Shown: positions 23,238 through 36,576 of the stretch, piece by piece | Position numbering within the stretch: position 1 is the first letter of the stretch | Layout of the letters: each line of letters opens with the position of its first letter | From: Vitrella brassicaformis CCMP3155 | Lineage: Eukaryota; Protista; Chromerida | NCBI GenBank assembly: GCA_001179505.1 | Contig: CDMY01000275.1 | Span: 124,001 to 188,000, forward strand | Length of the DNA: 64,000 nucleotides | Direction of reading: 5' to 3' | The notes under the pieces: generated by a model | What the model saw: only the letters and a program-made list of their open reading frames with translations | Told to the model about the DNA's origin: nothing | Databases searched by the model: none | Position numbers and translations under genes: made by a program

Positions 23238-25864
23238 ATGACGTATTATCACGAAGGCTGGTGGTCTTATGTGGTCGGCGTCGTCGGGCTGGTGGCGTGC
23301 TGGCTTCTTCTTATGCACATCAACGGCATTGAGAGATGTGTGCTCCACTTGGAATGTAAGCGGACGGAGATTCATCAGCCACTCACTCACCTCTACACAT
23401 ACATACTGTGTGTATGTTGTGTACGTGAGACACTCACATACATACTGATTGCTTTGCTTTGCTTCTCTGCCTGTGCTCTGTGTGTACACGTGTGGTGTGA
23501 CTCAGGCGAGGAGTTTGTGTGGGAGAGGGTGTCGATGAGCAGCTTCGTCCTCACGATTGTCTGGTATCTGGCAATGCTCCCCTTCTTCGTCCACTCGTTC
23601 ATCGGACTGCTCATCCCGCCGCAAGACGTCCTCGAGCGAATCACACAGACAAGCAGCGGCAGCAGGAGAAGCAGGCGGGCCACGAGTGAAGCAGCGCCGT
23701 CAGTCAGCGTCAAGCAGACTTCCCTCGAGGCCTGCCGCCCGTTCCCCTCGTCGATTGACGACATTGCTTCGCGTGAGGCGTTGACTCCTTCATTCACGAC
23801 CCCCACGACGAGCACAGGGAGTACCAACAGCAGCGGCAACGAGCAGGACAACGACCACGACCACGAAACGGGCAGCGGCCGCGGCAGCCTCTGTCTTTCA
23901 TCCTCATCCAATGCGTCGTCACCGCCCTCTCCATCGTGCAGCGCCAGCAGGGACAACGACACCACTTCCTTCCTGTCGTCATCCAGCTCCGCGTCGCTCA
24001 ACTCGTCCACTTGGTCACCCGACCCGCTGCGAGCGCACTTCTCGCTCAATCGAGAAGCAGGAGGGAGCAAGAAAGCGGCGGCCAAGATGACGCATCGACG
24101 GCCACTCCACCAGCAGCGGGGCGAGGCGAGGCCGCAGATAAGGATGTCGACGCTCCAGCGAATGGCATCCATTGCTCACGGCGTGGCGCTCTGTGTCCAG
24201 TACGGTCTGATGAGCTGCATCCACCTGCCCCTGCTGTGTCTGTCGTGTCTGCTCGACTGCCTCGTGGCGCCCATCAGCGTCAAGGACCACCCCCCCAGCA
24301 CCCTCAAGTCGATGCTGTCCAACGGCATGCGGCTCATCGACCCGGCACCTCTCATCCCCTCCATCACCGCGGCATTCCTCCGCACGACAAAGGCGCCCAA
24401 GGACAAGGCTTCCCCTTCACACAGGAAGGCGCCCCTTACTGCTGCAGCGCGCCACGAACTGGAGGTCAACAGCGACGTAGATAGCGACCAGGTCAATGAC
24501 GAGAGCGACGGGGCGTGGATGCGTGCCCACCACGTCTGTGCAAGTGGTTTTGACGACGACACGAGCGGTGACGAGCCAGACATGCATGACGGGCGGGAGA
24601 GCGACCAGCACGGCAAGGTGATCTTCCGCGTGGTGACGCGGGGCGACAAGCCCGCGCTGGTGGCGAGTGTGTGCGAGAGGAACATCGCCGTGCTCGACGA
24701 GACGCTCCAGAACGATGCCGGCGGCTTCTCGTGGCGGTTTGAAGTGGTCACCGACCGGCCCATCGGCGTCAAGCAGCACTTCATCGATCGGGAGCAGCGC
24801 ACCACGCCCGACGACCACAGAGGCCCCACTCCCTCAGCCGCCGTGTCTCTTGGCCACCACAACCAGCAGCAGTACAAGGCGAGAAGGGCAGCCAGGCGAC
24901 TGCCCTCGAGCAGCAGGATCGACGAAATAGTCGTCCCTGACAGCTACGTGACCGCCAAGGGCACCAAATTCAAGGCACGGGCCCTCAACTACGCCAACGA
25001 GAAGTGGGTGCACGCAGAGAGAGACGGCAAGAGCGGCAACAGCAAGGGGAGGCTGCCGTACGCTCTGAGAGACAACGACCTGATCGTCCACCTGGACGAG
25101 GAGACCCTCCTCCACGCGTCGTCCGTCCGCGGCATTGCGGACTTCCTGCAGGGCGCCTGGAACCGCATTGGGATGGGCACGGTGGTGTACGGCCACGGGC
25201 GTGTGGTCAACCCCCTGACCACCATGAGCGACAGCATCAGAGTGTGCGAGGACATCTGCAAGAACAGAATATACTTCAACTTCTCCAAACCCATCCTCGG
25301 CATGAAGGGTACGTGCACATCCGACACGCATGCACCCAAGGACAGAATAGCATAGCATATCCGTGCGTTGTGTCTCTGTTGGCAGGCTCCTTCATCGTCA
25401 TGCCTGTGTGGGTGGAGCGGCTTGTCGGCTGGGACTTGGGGCCGCATGGATCGATCGCGGAAGACGCGGCATTCGCCCTCAAGGCCATCGACATGGGCGG
25501 CAGACACGACACCCAAGAGAGCACAGCCAGGCAGACAAAGAAGGCCAACAGCCACCGCGCCTCGCGGCCTCACCCGCAGCAGTCCATCAAATTCGGCTTC
25601 GTCAAGGTGAGAAAGGAAACTGGGGCACAGTGGACGTCCGTTCACCGGCTCATCTTGTTGTTCTGATGTGTCGTGTAGGGTGTGATGCACGAGCAGAGCC
25701 CTTTTGATTTGCTCGACTACATGAAGCAGAGGCGTCGGTGGTTCCTGGGACTGTGGCTGGTCGTCAGACACCCCGACATCAGATGGAGGACCAAACTACG
25801 TAAGATGCCTCCTCCCTTGCCACGTCGGCACATCGCACCGGGCGGCTCATACCTGTGTGTGTGT

Positions 25865-25895
<31 letters not shown>

Positions 25896-26736
25896 CAGCT
25901 TTATTGTACATGCAGTGCGTGTGGGCGTTGGTGCCTTTATGGACGTTGCTGGGCCTGGTGCCGTCCGTCATCCCCCCCGTACCCCGCACATTCATCCTGG
26001 CACTGTTCCAGACACTCACCAGCGTAAGCACTCAGAGAGCACACACATATTGACTGACATCAAACACACGCCGGTTGCTTGGCTCTTCAGGGCACCTGGT
26101 ACTGGTGTTTCGTGTACGGGTCCGTGCTCAACTTCACATGGGGGCGGTCACCAGGTGCCACAGGTGGCGTGCGGCGCTGGCTGGACTGGCTCGTCAACTA
26201 CGTGGCGCCAATCGTCGGCACGGCCGTACTCATCCCCCTCTTCGGCATATTTGAAAGCGCATGTGAGCTGACAAACAGACACACACACTCGGCATTCGTA
26301 TTGCATAAGACACTTGTGGTGTTTCCTGCTCCTGCGTGTGTGTGTGTGTTCAGCGATCATCTACTCGTACGTGAATCCGCGCAAGGGATTGGGTTTCGAT
26401 GTCGTCAAGAAGGATCTCAAAGAGACCAACAGCAAGGCGGAGACGCACACACCAGACCCAACAGTGCTCACGCCCATCCCACAGAAACAAGACGATGCGC
26501 ATCCTGCACCCCCCCACCTGGCCCCCGGCAAGAGCGCGAGAAGCACCGCCCGGGCCTCGCAATGTGAAGACACATGCTCGCCCGCCCCTACCGATGGAGC
26601 TCCTTCACGGTCACCCGTCAAGAAATCTGACGAGAGACCGAGACCAGAGGGGGCGGAGGGGAGGCTGCCAGCGGGCGGTGTGGTGTGGGGGCAGAGGTGT
26701 GGTGCGGGAGGGGAGAGGGGGAGGGGGCCTTCATGA
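23238..26736 (+). CDS. egh: Egghead/BRE-3-like beta-1,4-mannosyltransferase (GT2)
   Basis: Motifs FRVVTRGD, EVVTD, EIVVPDSY...GTKFKARALNY, IVHLDEETLL...SVRGIADF, SIAEDAAFA, MHEQSPF...DYMKQRRRWF, plus C-terminal TM helices. All are collinear with Drosophila egghead as I recall it. Confidence 0.9.
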
Positions 26737-29329
26737 GATGTCGTGTCTGTCGTGAGGCGAGGCTTTTGTTCATGTGTGTGTCTGTGCGTGTATGGCGTGC
26801 CTCTGTGGCTTGTATATGTGGGTGCATTTCTGTGATTGGTCGTTGGGTGGGCGGGTGTAGGTGTGGTGTAGACACATGTGGTGTGGCCCTGAGAGCGGGT
26901 CAGTGCTGCTGGCACTTAATTTCTATCTTGAAGGCGAATGACATGACGGACGCGGCCTCGTCTGTCCGCTTCTCACTTACATAGTTGCCTATGCTACACA
27001 CACACACACACACATGGATGGATGGATGGATGGTGTGAGGGATGCGCGGCGCCTTTGCTGGACTGGTCTCTCTCTCTCTCTCTCTCGGTCGTTTTTATTT
27101 TTTCATCGCTCTGCCCAGCGGCCTGCCTGCTACAGTTTTAGCCTCCCCCTCTTTTCCCTCGCCATACACACACGCGCTGCTCACCGATACACCCACCGTG
27201 CTTGCTGTCTCTTCTTACTGACTGACTACTCACGGATGGGTGGATGGATGGATGGACGGGTCAATTTTGGTCATGAAGCCAGCCGAGCTGGCCCGGCAGC
27301 GCGGCACAAGGAGAGAGGCGGGTTTCGATTGCTGCCCGTCCGCCGTCCATCCGCCCCGCGGCATCTGGTTCTCTTTGTGTGAAGTGTCCCCAACCCTCCG
27401 TCCGTCCCCTTTTCTTGTCCTACCTACCACTGCCTGACTTCCCTACTCACTCACCCTCCCTCTCTCTGTCTCTCTCGTCGTTTGGCTGCATTGTCTGCTG
27501 GATGAGTAGATGATCAACGAATCCTCCCGAGCGAGACGCGTGCGGGACCAATGAAACTGCCTGATCTGACCTACTGACATGACAGAAGGACGGGCGGCGG
27601 GCGGGCGGGAATGAGTGGATCGGATCATGCCTGCCGATAACCAAGTGATGCGACTGATGTGCTGCAGTTGCTGCGTGTAAGTGCTTTCTTGCTGCTGCTG
27701 CTGCTGCTGCTGAATTATTGGCGGCAAGGATGTGTGGATGTGCGTGTGTGTCTGTGTGGGTGTGAGTGCTCTTCGTGTGGCGGCGTGGATGGATGGATGG
27801 ATGCGTGGAGGAGGGGGCGCATGGCATGGCAGGGCAGGGCAGGGCAGGCAGGATGGACACTGCTCTCTCTTGTTTTGTTTAGGCGTGTTTTATTCAGGTA
27901 GGTGTGTTCGTCCGTCCGTTTGTCCGTTTGTCTTTATTCATTCAATCATTGCGAGTCTGTCGGTCTTTCTGGTCGGTGTGGTGGGTGGGGTGGGTGTGTG
28001 AAGTCAAAGTGGTCCCTTCCTGTGCTCTGCAAAGAGGTTTTGTGTGGAAGGAAGGGCTCTTTATCCAAATCACCATACATGTGTGAGCACTGCACGGATG
28101 GACTGTGTGGTCTCTGGGGCTGCCTCCGTTGTCGACCTCCATGCCCACCCCTTGGTCGGGAGGGCGGGTAGAGAGGTCGCCGGCGGCAGTCAGCTGACCA
28201 CACACGCCTGCCGTGCCTTTCTTCTCCAAAGTGGCCTGTCTGTCAGGTCTGTCTGTCTGTCGCTCTAGATCTACGAGTGAGTCGTGGCGATCGATGCTGT
28301 GAGTGAGACTGTGAGGGTGCCATTTGTAGACTAGTGCTGGGCACACAAAGGGCACGCCATCCACCTACCTACCTGTCCATCTCATCTGCTCATGGACGCG
28401 CACCTCCCCTTGCACCTTCCCACCCACATCGATCGACTGGCCGATAGATTTTGTCTCAGCATCGAGTGGAGTGTGCCTGGAGTGTGTCCATACGCTGCTG
28501 GGCTGGGCTGGACGGCTGGGTGGAGTGTATTTCTCCTTTTTCATCTCTTGTTTGTCGTCGATGCATCCATCTCCTTCTATCCCTCTCTCTCGAGCTGATC
28601 CCTGCCCGCCTGTGTGCCTGCCTGCCCGCCTGCCTGCCTGCCTGTGTGTGTATGTGTGTTTGTGAGAACTTGACTCGATGCCGTAGGGTCAATCAATCAA
28701 CAAACATGTGGCCTCCGTCCCCTCAAGAGCTGAATGACCATCTGTCAGGATGTCCGTCTGTCCATCACAGCTCCCTCTAGCTCTCCATTGCACCGCACCG
28801 CACCGCACTGCAAGGCGATAGTCACACGGCAAAAACCTGCAGGCAGGCAGGCAGCCCGTCCAATCCTCTCCCCTCTCCATGCGCACACTCACAGATGCAC
28901 ACACGGCGTTCTCTACCTTGTCCACCTCTCGCACACAGGCAGCGAGACACACAGACGGACAGACGGACAAACAAACAAACATACGCCCACAATCATATCA
29001 CGTTTGAGGTCACAGTTGGGACCTCTTCTGTCGCGCCTCACTGCATCCACCCCTCCATCCCTCGGCCGGCCGCCATGCCCCACGAGTCACTCACATTACA
29101 ACACTACAATACACTCTCCCATTCATATCATCCTCCCACCCACCCACTACTGTACACTCACTCACGGGTGGCCACAGGCAGAAAGAGCTCTCACTGATTC
29201 AAACCACCATCCCTCGAGGCATCCACGCCACCCATCCCCCATCCTCACGCACCCCAGCCAATGCTCTCGTGTCGCATCGACCAGCTGCAGCAGCAGCAGC
29301 AGCAGCAGGCGGCTCGTCTCGTCCATCAG

Positions 29330-30159
29330 CTAGCTCGTTTTAAAGACATCTTTGACGGCAACCTGAGCCCGCCGATACTGCAGTGTGTCGTAGAGCACCT
29401 TCCTGAGATACCTGTTTGTTTATCGACACAGACAGACACATCTCGCTCGTTGGGTGATGCCATCCATGATGGGTATCGTGTGTGCCTGTCCGTCAGTCAC
29501 ATTTCTCTTACTGACTTGAGTCGTTTGTAGGCGTCCCTGGACTGCAGGAGCAGCTGCCGCCGCGCCGCGGGCATGTTGGTGAAGAGAGCCAGCACGCCCC
29601 ACGAGAAATATGACGCATCATCCGAGTCGTACCCCAGCACGTCAAACTTTACTTTTTCCTTGTCTGGGTAGAGCTTCGACACTTGTGCCACCACCTCTTG
29701 GAGCTCATTCCACACCTCATCCTTGATCTCCTGCAGCGCCGACGGGTCACCTGGGTGGGTGCACACCACACCACATTCAACCAGCCAACCAATCAGCACA
29801 AACACCACACGAGCTGCCCTGCCCCCGCACACGCCGACACGCCCACACGCAGGCAGACTCTCCTCACCGTTGTGGGGGTTGTCTGTTACATTTCTCCTGA
29901 CGGCAGCGATCACGTAGGGCGGCCCGTCGTCGATGCCGGGCTGGGGGTTGACCGGCGGCTGGACGATCTCGAACCTGTCCTTGGCCTGCACCCATATCTT
30001 GGTCCTGCCGTCATCCTGCTCCTCCTTCTTCGTGATCTCCACTATTGTGCCGTAGCGGGCGTACTTCGGCACCACAGCTAGACCCGCAGTCTGATCGAGG
30101 GAGGCACAGAGGGAGGGAGGCCATTCACTGGATGGCTGTGTGAGCGTCTACCTGTGTGT

Positions 30160-30190
<31 letters not shown>

Positions 30191-30782
30191 AGTGTGTGTG
30201 CATGGCACCATGATCTGGTCGATCATGACGAGCCCGAAGGTCTTGTTGCCAGCGGCTTCAAGGTCGCTCAGCAGCTGTCGATACCTGGGCTCCTCGACCA
30301 CAATCTCCCTCGTCGTGAAGTAGGGAATGGTTACAAGGTTGACGGCCGGCCAAACCGGTACCCTCTCGACGTCCCCCGTGGGCTCAGACACCACATCTCC
30401 CAGGAATGCAGGCTCCGGTGAGTGCAGGAGCTTCTCGCCCTTGTAGGGGTCCTCGTACGGCGAGGGCGGCCTGTCAGGATCCTCGCTCTTTGGCGCAGGC
30501 TGCATATATATTGGCCAACACACACACACATGCAGAGACGAGAATGCTCCTCTCTGTGATGGATGAGTGGCGCTGGCTGGTGGGCCTCACTCTGTAGAAG
30601 AACCCCTTGTAGAGCACAGTGGTAGGCCTGTCCTCCCCTCGCCTCCTCGGCGCGTGCTGCTGGCCTCGTGAAATGAACCCATGCCGGCGGAGCGATGATA
30701 GAGCCTGAAACGCTGACGAGCGGCAGATGACGCTCAGCAGGAGCACGAGGGGCAAACACAAAGGGGAAAGCTGCATTGTCAT
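29330..30782 (-). CDS. Plastid-targeted LON peptidase N-terminal (substrate-binding, PUA-like) domain protein
   Basis: Signal peptide ending SSA-F, then a transit-like region. LON_N motifs VEEPRYRQLL, KTFGLV, YGTIVEI...DGRTKIWVQAKDRFEI, RRQLLLQSRDAYKRL. No AAA+ or protease domain. TAG stop at 29330-29332. Confidence 0.85.
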
Positions 30783-30913
30783 AGTGGCCAGAGATCTGGA
30801 GGGTTTCAGGTGCAGGGTTTAGCTCGCCCCAAGGGCAAAGATCGCCGGAACGGGCCGCAGGCATGGTATGACACTGCGGCAGATCTATCTAGAGATCTTT
30901 CCCACAGCGACTT
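30783..30913. promoter_or_regulatory. 131-bp bidirectional promoter with 2x AGGGTTT, AGCTCGC and 3x AGATCT
   Basis: Lies between ATGs at 30782(-) and 30914(+). Motifs are read directly and recur in other divergent intervals. Confidence 0.5.
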
Positions 30914-33900
30914 ATGGCTTATCTTAAGCAGACCAGGCGGTTCGTGACGACGTCCCCGGACTCATTGCCGCTGCCGATGGCGCCTCCTCCCTTCCATCAC
31001 ACCGTGCGCCGCCTCCACTCATCGCAAGGCATGGCAGTGGAAGCCGATGAAGATCTGCCTTCGGTCCACTGCACTGGCGGCGACCCCGTCAGCGAGATGC
31101 AGACAGCTCAGACTCATCCTCTGGTGGCGAACGGGCATCGCTTTCGGCGTCACTGCCATTATCATCGCGAGGATGCCAGTGACGTGCCTGCAGTGCGTGT
31201 CCGGTTCCATCTGCCGTCGTGTGAGGGGCCGCAGCTGGTGACCCTCTGCCGCTACCATGCTACGCCCAAGAGGCAGCGACGGAGGGCCGACAGGGAGACT
31301 GTCATGAAGGTCACGCCAAAGGTGGAGGGGTGGGCCTTTTGGGACGCAGTGGCTAAACGGACCACGGCCTTGACGGAGATGGAGAAACAGCGGCAGGAGG
31401 CAGCGAACGACCGGACGACGGCTGGTGCGGCGCTCTCATCGGGCGAGTTGATGGACATTGTGACGGCTATGACGCGAGTGGGCTATGTCAACGATCCCTT
31501 CTTCGCCGACACGCTGCCTGCGTGCCTCACATACCTGAGGCACCGACGAAGGCAGGATGGGCACAGTGACGACTCGACGGGTGGTGCAGCATTGTCACAG
31601 TGGAGCTCATCTGATGTCATGCATCTCGCTGTGGTCTACAAGCGGCTCGGCTGCCGGGAGAGGACAGCCGACCGGCAGCGGGACACCTCGGCCGTGTGGC
31701 GGCTGATCTACGACGAGCTATTGACGCGAACCGATCTTCCTCTGATCGTGGTGAGCTCCACGCTGAATGCGTTCAGTCAGCTGTGGAGCCATCACGGCCC
31801 GGCTCTCCAGCAGCGCACCGGCCTCTCCCTTGACGACATCCGCGTCTTGTTCGATCGCTGTGGCGGCATCGTAGCTGACCGGCTGCTGCACTATGAGCGG
31901 GTGGCGGCGGAGCATCGCCAAAGGGAAGACCAAGAGCTCACTGCGCTTCAGGAAGATGAGTATGGCGCCTTTGACGCAGACGCCGATGTGGATGCCGTCA
32001 AGCGCCACCTTGCAGAGAAACACGATGACTGGGCCTTCGCCAAAAAGTGGAGCGGAACAACTGTCTGGCGGCCAAGTGCCCGGCAGCTGAGCACTCTGGC
32101 GAATGCGTTCGCACAGGTCGAGTACAGCCACCCTGTGCTGATGCCGATCCTCTGGCGAACCATTCCACGGCTGCCTCTGCGCTTCGACGGCACCTCACTG
32201 TCACTCCTGTTTTCGGCCTACTGGCGGCTGCGGCCGCTGGGGGATGGGGAGGATGGGCTGGCGTACTGGTTGGACTGGATGGCCAAGAAGTGGATGGGAC
32301 GGTTGACGGGGCGGGAGCTGAGTGTGGTGGCAGCAACCGTGGGGAAACGCCTCGCCAATGAGCCCTTCCGACAAAGGCAGCTGACGAACCTCATTACCAA
32401 GTGAGGCCAGCCAGGCCGATGGACTGGCTGCAGGAATCACGTTGCCTGCCTGTNNNNNNNNNNNNNNNNNNNNNNNNNNNNNNNNNNNNNNNNNNNNNNN
32501 NNNNNNNNNNNNNNNNNNNNNNNNNNNNNNNNNNNNNNNNNNNNNNNNNNNNNNNNNNNNNNNNNNNNNNNNNNNNNNNNNNNNNNNNNNNNNNNNNNNN
32601 NNNNNNNNNNNNNNNNNNNNNNNNNNNNNNNNNNNNNNNNNNNNNNNNNNNNNNNNNNNNNNNNNNNNNNNNNNNNNNNNNNNNNNNNNNNNNNNNNNNN
32701 NNNNNNNNNNNNNNNNNNNNNNNNNNNNNNNNNNNNNNNNNNNNNNNNNNNNNGGGGGGGGGGGGGGGGGGGGGGGGGCTTGACCAGATTTGTCTTCAAC
32801 GGCCGCAATCTGGAGATGATGGCCGACTCTGATCGCGTTGCCATCCTCAGCGCCATCAACCAAAAGGGCATGTACGAGTGGCTGTGTTGCAACCACGAGT
32901 TCCTCACATTCTACACGTCATGGCTGGCCAGCCGCCGCCCCCTCCACAAGGCCCCCCCAGCCCTCACACCCCAGCTGCTGCGGACACACGGCAACTACAG
33001 GGCATGTTCGATGGACGTTCTCATGATGCTGTGGAAGCACCTCATCGAACAATCCTCCGACGAGTGGACACCCAGACTAGAGGAGGTGACTTGACACCAC
33101 ACCTACAGAGGGGACGGGGGCATTGAATGCATTAACTTAACTGACCGATGTGGTTGTTGCTGTTTTTGTTGTGTTGTGTTGTGCTGTGTTTTACAGTTGA
33201 ACTACGTGTTGTCTTCATTGGCGGTCCTGCCGACCGACGTCCCTCTCCATGACACGACCCATCTCATCGAGGCAACAGCCGCTGACGACGCCAACGGCCC
33301 TGAAGATGCTGTTAGCCGCCCGTCATCCCCCCCCTTCATATCCCTCACACTGACACTTCAGGAGCCGGCAACTGCAGACACCTCACCCGCTCCACTTGTT
33401 CATCCTGACCGCTCCCTGGTGCCCCGACAAGTCCCACAAGAGCCGCCCTGTCATCGGCTGTCGCTCTTCACACCTGCAATGCGGCCCTTCTGGGAGCTGA
33501 GGCGCCGCGTCATCGACTGGCTGGCGGAAAGCTATGCACCGCTTTTGACGGGAGATGGTGCACCGTGCAAGCCGCCTCTTGACGAGAGTCTGGGTGGTTT
33601 GTTCCGTGGTGTGTTGCTCAACTGGCCGCGGCTGGAGGGTGGTGGGGGTGGTGGTGGTGGTGGCGAGACCATATGGACCGTGGCGCGTGGAGTGGGCGTC
33701 GACCTGAGCGGCACGGTCGTGCCGGACGACATGCGGGGCCTCGTGGCGCCTCTTGCCTTTTTGCAAGAGCCCTTCATCGATCAAGTACGTCAAGTGGTCT
33801 CTTCCGACGCAGCCTTGAGGAGAGAACCACTCGCAGGTACGGACACATCGAACAAAGGTGGAAGAAACAAGCAGGACAGGATGGTCCTTGAGCAAATCCG

Positions 33901-36576
33901 TTGGTGGTATTTGGTGTCTGTCTGGTGACACAGACGTGCTGGCATCAGTGCTCTATCTGCAACGGCATCTCGCTGCACTGGACAGCCCCCAGCAATCAGA
34001 TACACTGCATCGGTCCACTGCATTGCTGGGCGACCTCCGCGACACCCTTAGGGAGAGGGTGCTGTTATCCCCCGCCCCCTCTCTGGCGACGATAGCCGTC
34101 CTGGTCGACCGAGGCCTTGTGCCAAGCACACTTCTCGATGGTGCAACGAAGGTGCTTCTTCTCGAGCCGTCGTCGCAGCCCGCGTCAGTGGTGCCGCTCG
34201 TCAAGGCCGTCGAGTGTGCCATGCACTGCGGCCGTCCTGCACACTCTTTGCTGCGGGCATTTGGAGCCGTTGCGTCGTGCGGGGGAATGATGGACGTGAC
34301 GTCGAGTGACTTAGTCTTGAAAGAGGAAGCGAACGGTGAGAGGGGAGGGGAAGGTCACAGACGTCCATCATGTGTCTTGACGTTCATTCATCAAGTGGTC
34401 GAGAGCATCCACCAGGGTTTGCTGCCGCGCCTCAGAGAGGCCTTCAAGGGCCCTGCTGCATCGCCGACAGACGGACGGGGCTCCTCACGCTTCATGCAAA
34501 GTCAGAGCGCACACACAACGACACATACAGCAAGGAGACAGTCTGACCCATCAAGATTAGCTTGTCTTATCTTATCGATGTCCGGTTGTCTGTCTGTCTG
34601 TCTGTCTGAATTTATCAGGGAAGATGCGCAACATGCTCGCAGGCTCCATTGCAGACAAGGATGCCACCGACAAGCGACCCGCTGAAGCGCTCAAGCAGAT
34701 CGTACGCAAACCACCCACCCAAGGGGCGGAGAGAAAATCGTCCACCTCTGATCGTCCATGTGTGTGTGCTTCCCAGCCCCCCCATCGGCTGCCTCGGGTG
34801 CTGCTGGCGTTGACAGCCTTGGAAATCCGCCGCCGAGCTCTCCAGCAACAACGGCACACGACGGCGGATCAAGGATGGGGCGGCCATTGCCTCCTCGCTG
34901 CTGGTGGGCGAGGGTCGGTTGTGGAGGGGCTGCTGGCAATCATTCTGGAGACGTGGCAGGCACAGGGAAAACCCAAACGACTGGCGCCACGTGGTCAGAC
35001 AGACAAGAGAACACCAAACAAGCCAGGAGGGGTGGCTGGTCAGTGTCGTGTGGACGACACTGAATGTCAATGTCATGCGAGCAGATGGTGAGTATGAGGA
35101 GCTATCCCTGTTCGCCAACGCTCTCAAGCTCCTCTTCCCCCGCCTCTATCAGCAGCATGCGCCCTACATCTCATACCGCCTCAAGGTCATGCGCATCGCT
35201 CACGAGGCATCAGCGGCCGCCGCCGAGCTGACCTCTGCACGGCCACTCGGCAGCGTACAACGCACTATGTCCATCCAGCCGCAGCTCCCTTCAGGTATTT
35301 AACGTACGTAGCCACACAGACAGACACACACGTGCAGGGCAGGGCAGGGAGACAGGGCATCCATCCTCCTGTGTGCTATTTATTGTATTGCTGGCCTGGC
35401 AGGTGTGGGCGTCAGCCCTGCCTTTGCTGAGAGATCCCGCTACTTCCTCAGCTTTCCCACATGTGCGCAGACCAAGGTCAAGAGCCGCCTCACACAGCTC
35501 ACCAACCACCACCCCGACCTTCACCTCTCACCCAAACGGCCCCCCTGGTCGACGCCCCTGCCGTCTTGGCTGATGGATCTCTCCACATCAGACGCCATGC
35601 GGGCGCTGCACCGCATTGCGATGGAGCGGGCCATGCTGCAGCGGCCGCAGCGGCGGGTGAGTCTGCCGATGGTGACGCCGCCTGATGAGCGTGGTGGTGG
35701 CAGTGTGGTGGTGGCGGTGGTTGGTCAAGGGCGGCGGAGCAAGCGTGTGGCTGTGAGGGATATGGCCACTGGAGACATCATTCGAGAGCAGGAGGAGACG
35801 GAACAACACGGTGATGCTGACGCTGGTGGTGGCGACAGCATTAGCCCAGCTCCTGCTGCCGCTGCTGCCGCTGATGTCCCGGTGCCAGTGGCTGGGCCCG
35901 TCCAGGCTGAGGATGGTCTCGCAGTCAATGCTTCAGAAAATGCTCTTGTGGGTCAGCCGCTGTCTCTGGAGCCCCCTGACCGGACACAAGCTGAGCACCG
36001 GGACACAATCTTCTTCCACAGAGGTAAGTAGGTAGGTATCAACGAGGCAATCAATCACTGCGCCAGCCTGTCTGTCTCCCCTCTGTCGTCTATCTATCCT
36101 ATCTGTCTGTCCCCTTCCTTGTTGGTTGCAGGTCTGGTAGGCTGTGTGGGCGGTTTCCACTGGGACCGGCGGTCGCTGGAGCTCACCCACAACCGGGCAG
36201 TGAGAGTGCAGATGCTCTCGGATGACGGTGCCCGTCCCGTCATGGTCAGGTCGACTCGGAGGGTGCGATACGCACTGCATACGAGAGGAGACTCATTCAA
36301 GGTGACGGGAGGGAGGGAGGGAGATGGACACACGAGAAAGAAGGTCAAGATGCACTTCCTGTGCGGTGCTGTGCTGTGCAGGTGTCCGAGTGGCTTCTGG
36401 CGAACCAGCATGACCTCCTCACGCCAGTGTCGCTGCAAGAGGGCGGCCAGCAGCTGCCCTACGGTGGTGGTGTGAGCCATTTCCATTTAGTGTCGTATGT
36501 CGAGGCGTTTGTGGAACTGGCCAATATGAGAGGAGATGACAAGATGAGGACGGAGGTGGGTGGGACGATGCAATAG
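30914..36576 (+). CDS. Large helical-repeat (HPR/OPR-like) organellar RNA-binding protein
   Basis: Repeats such as LSSGELMDIVTAMTRVGY, WSSSDVMHLAVVYKRLG, PSARQLSTLANAFAQVEYSHPVL, FDGTSLSLLFSAYWRL. Donor at 32401 (AA|gtgagg) and acceptor at 32787 (cag|A TTT) are in matching phase across the gap. Downstream exons stay in frame to TAG at 36576. Confidence 0.65.
32454..32753. other. Assembly gap (300 N) inside an intron
   Basis: Run of N, flanked by splice sites in compatible phase. Confidence 0.99.
32754..32778 (+). repeat. Poly-G tract (25 nt) bordering the gap
   Basis: Read directly. Probably the cause of the assembly break. Confidence 0.95.

Noticed and set aside
30914-32404. 496-aa ORF as a complete intronless gene
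   Set aside because: Its TGA overlaps a strong donor (AA|GTGAGG), and the frame resumes in phase after the gap.
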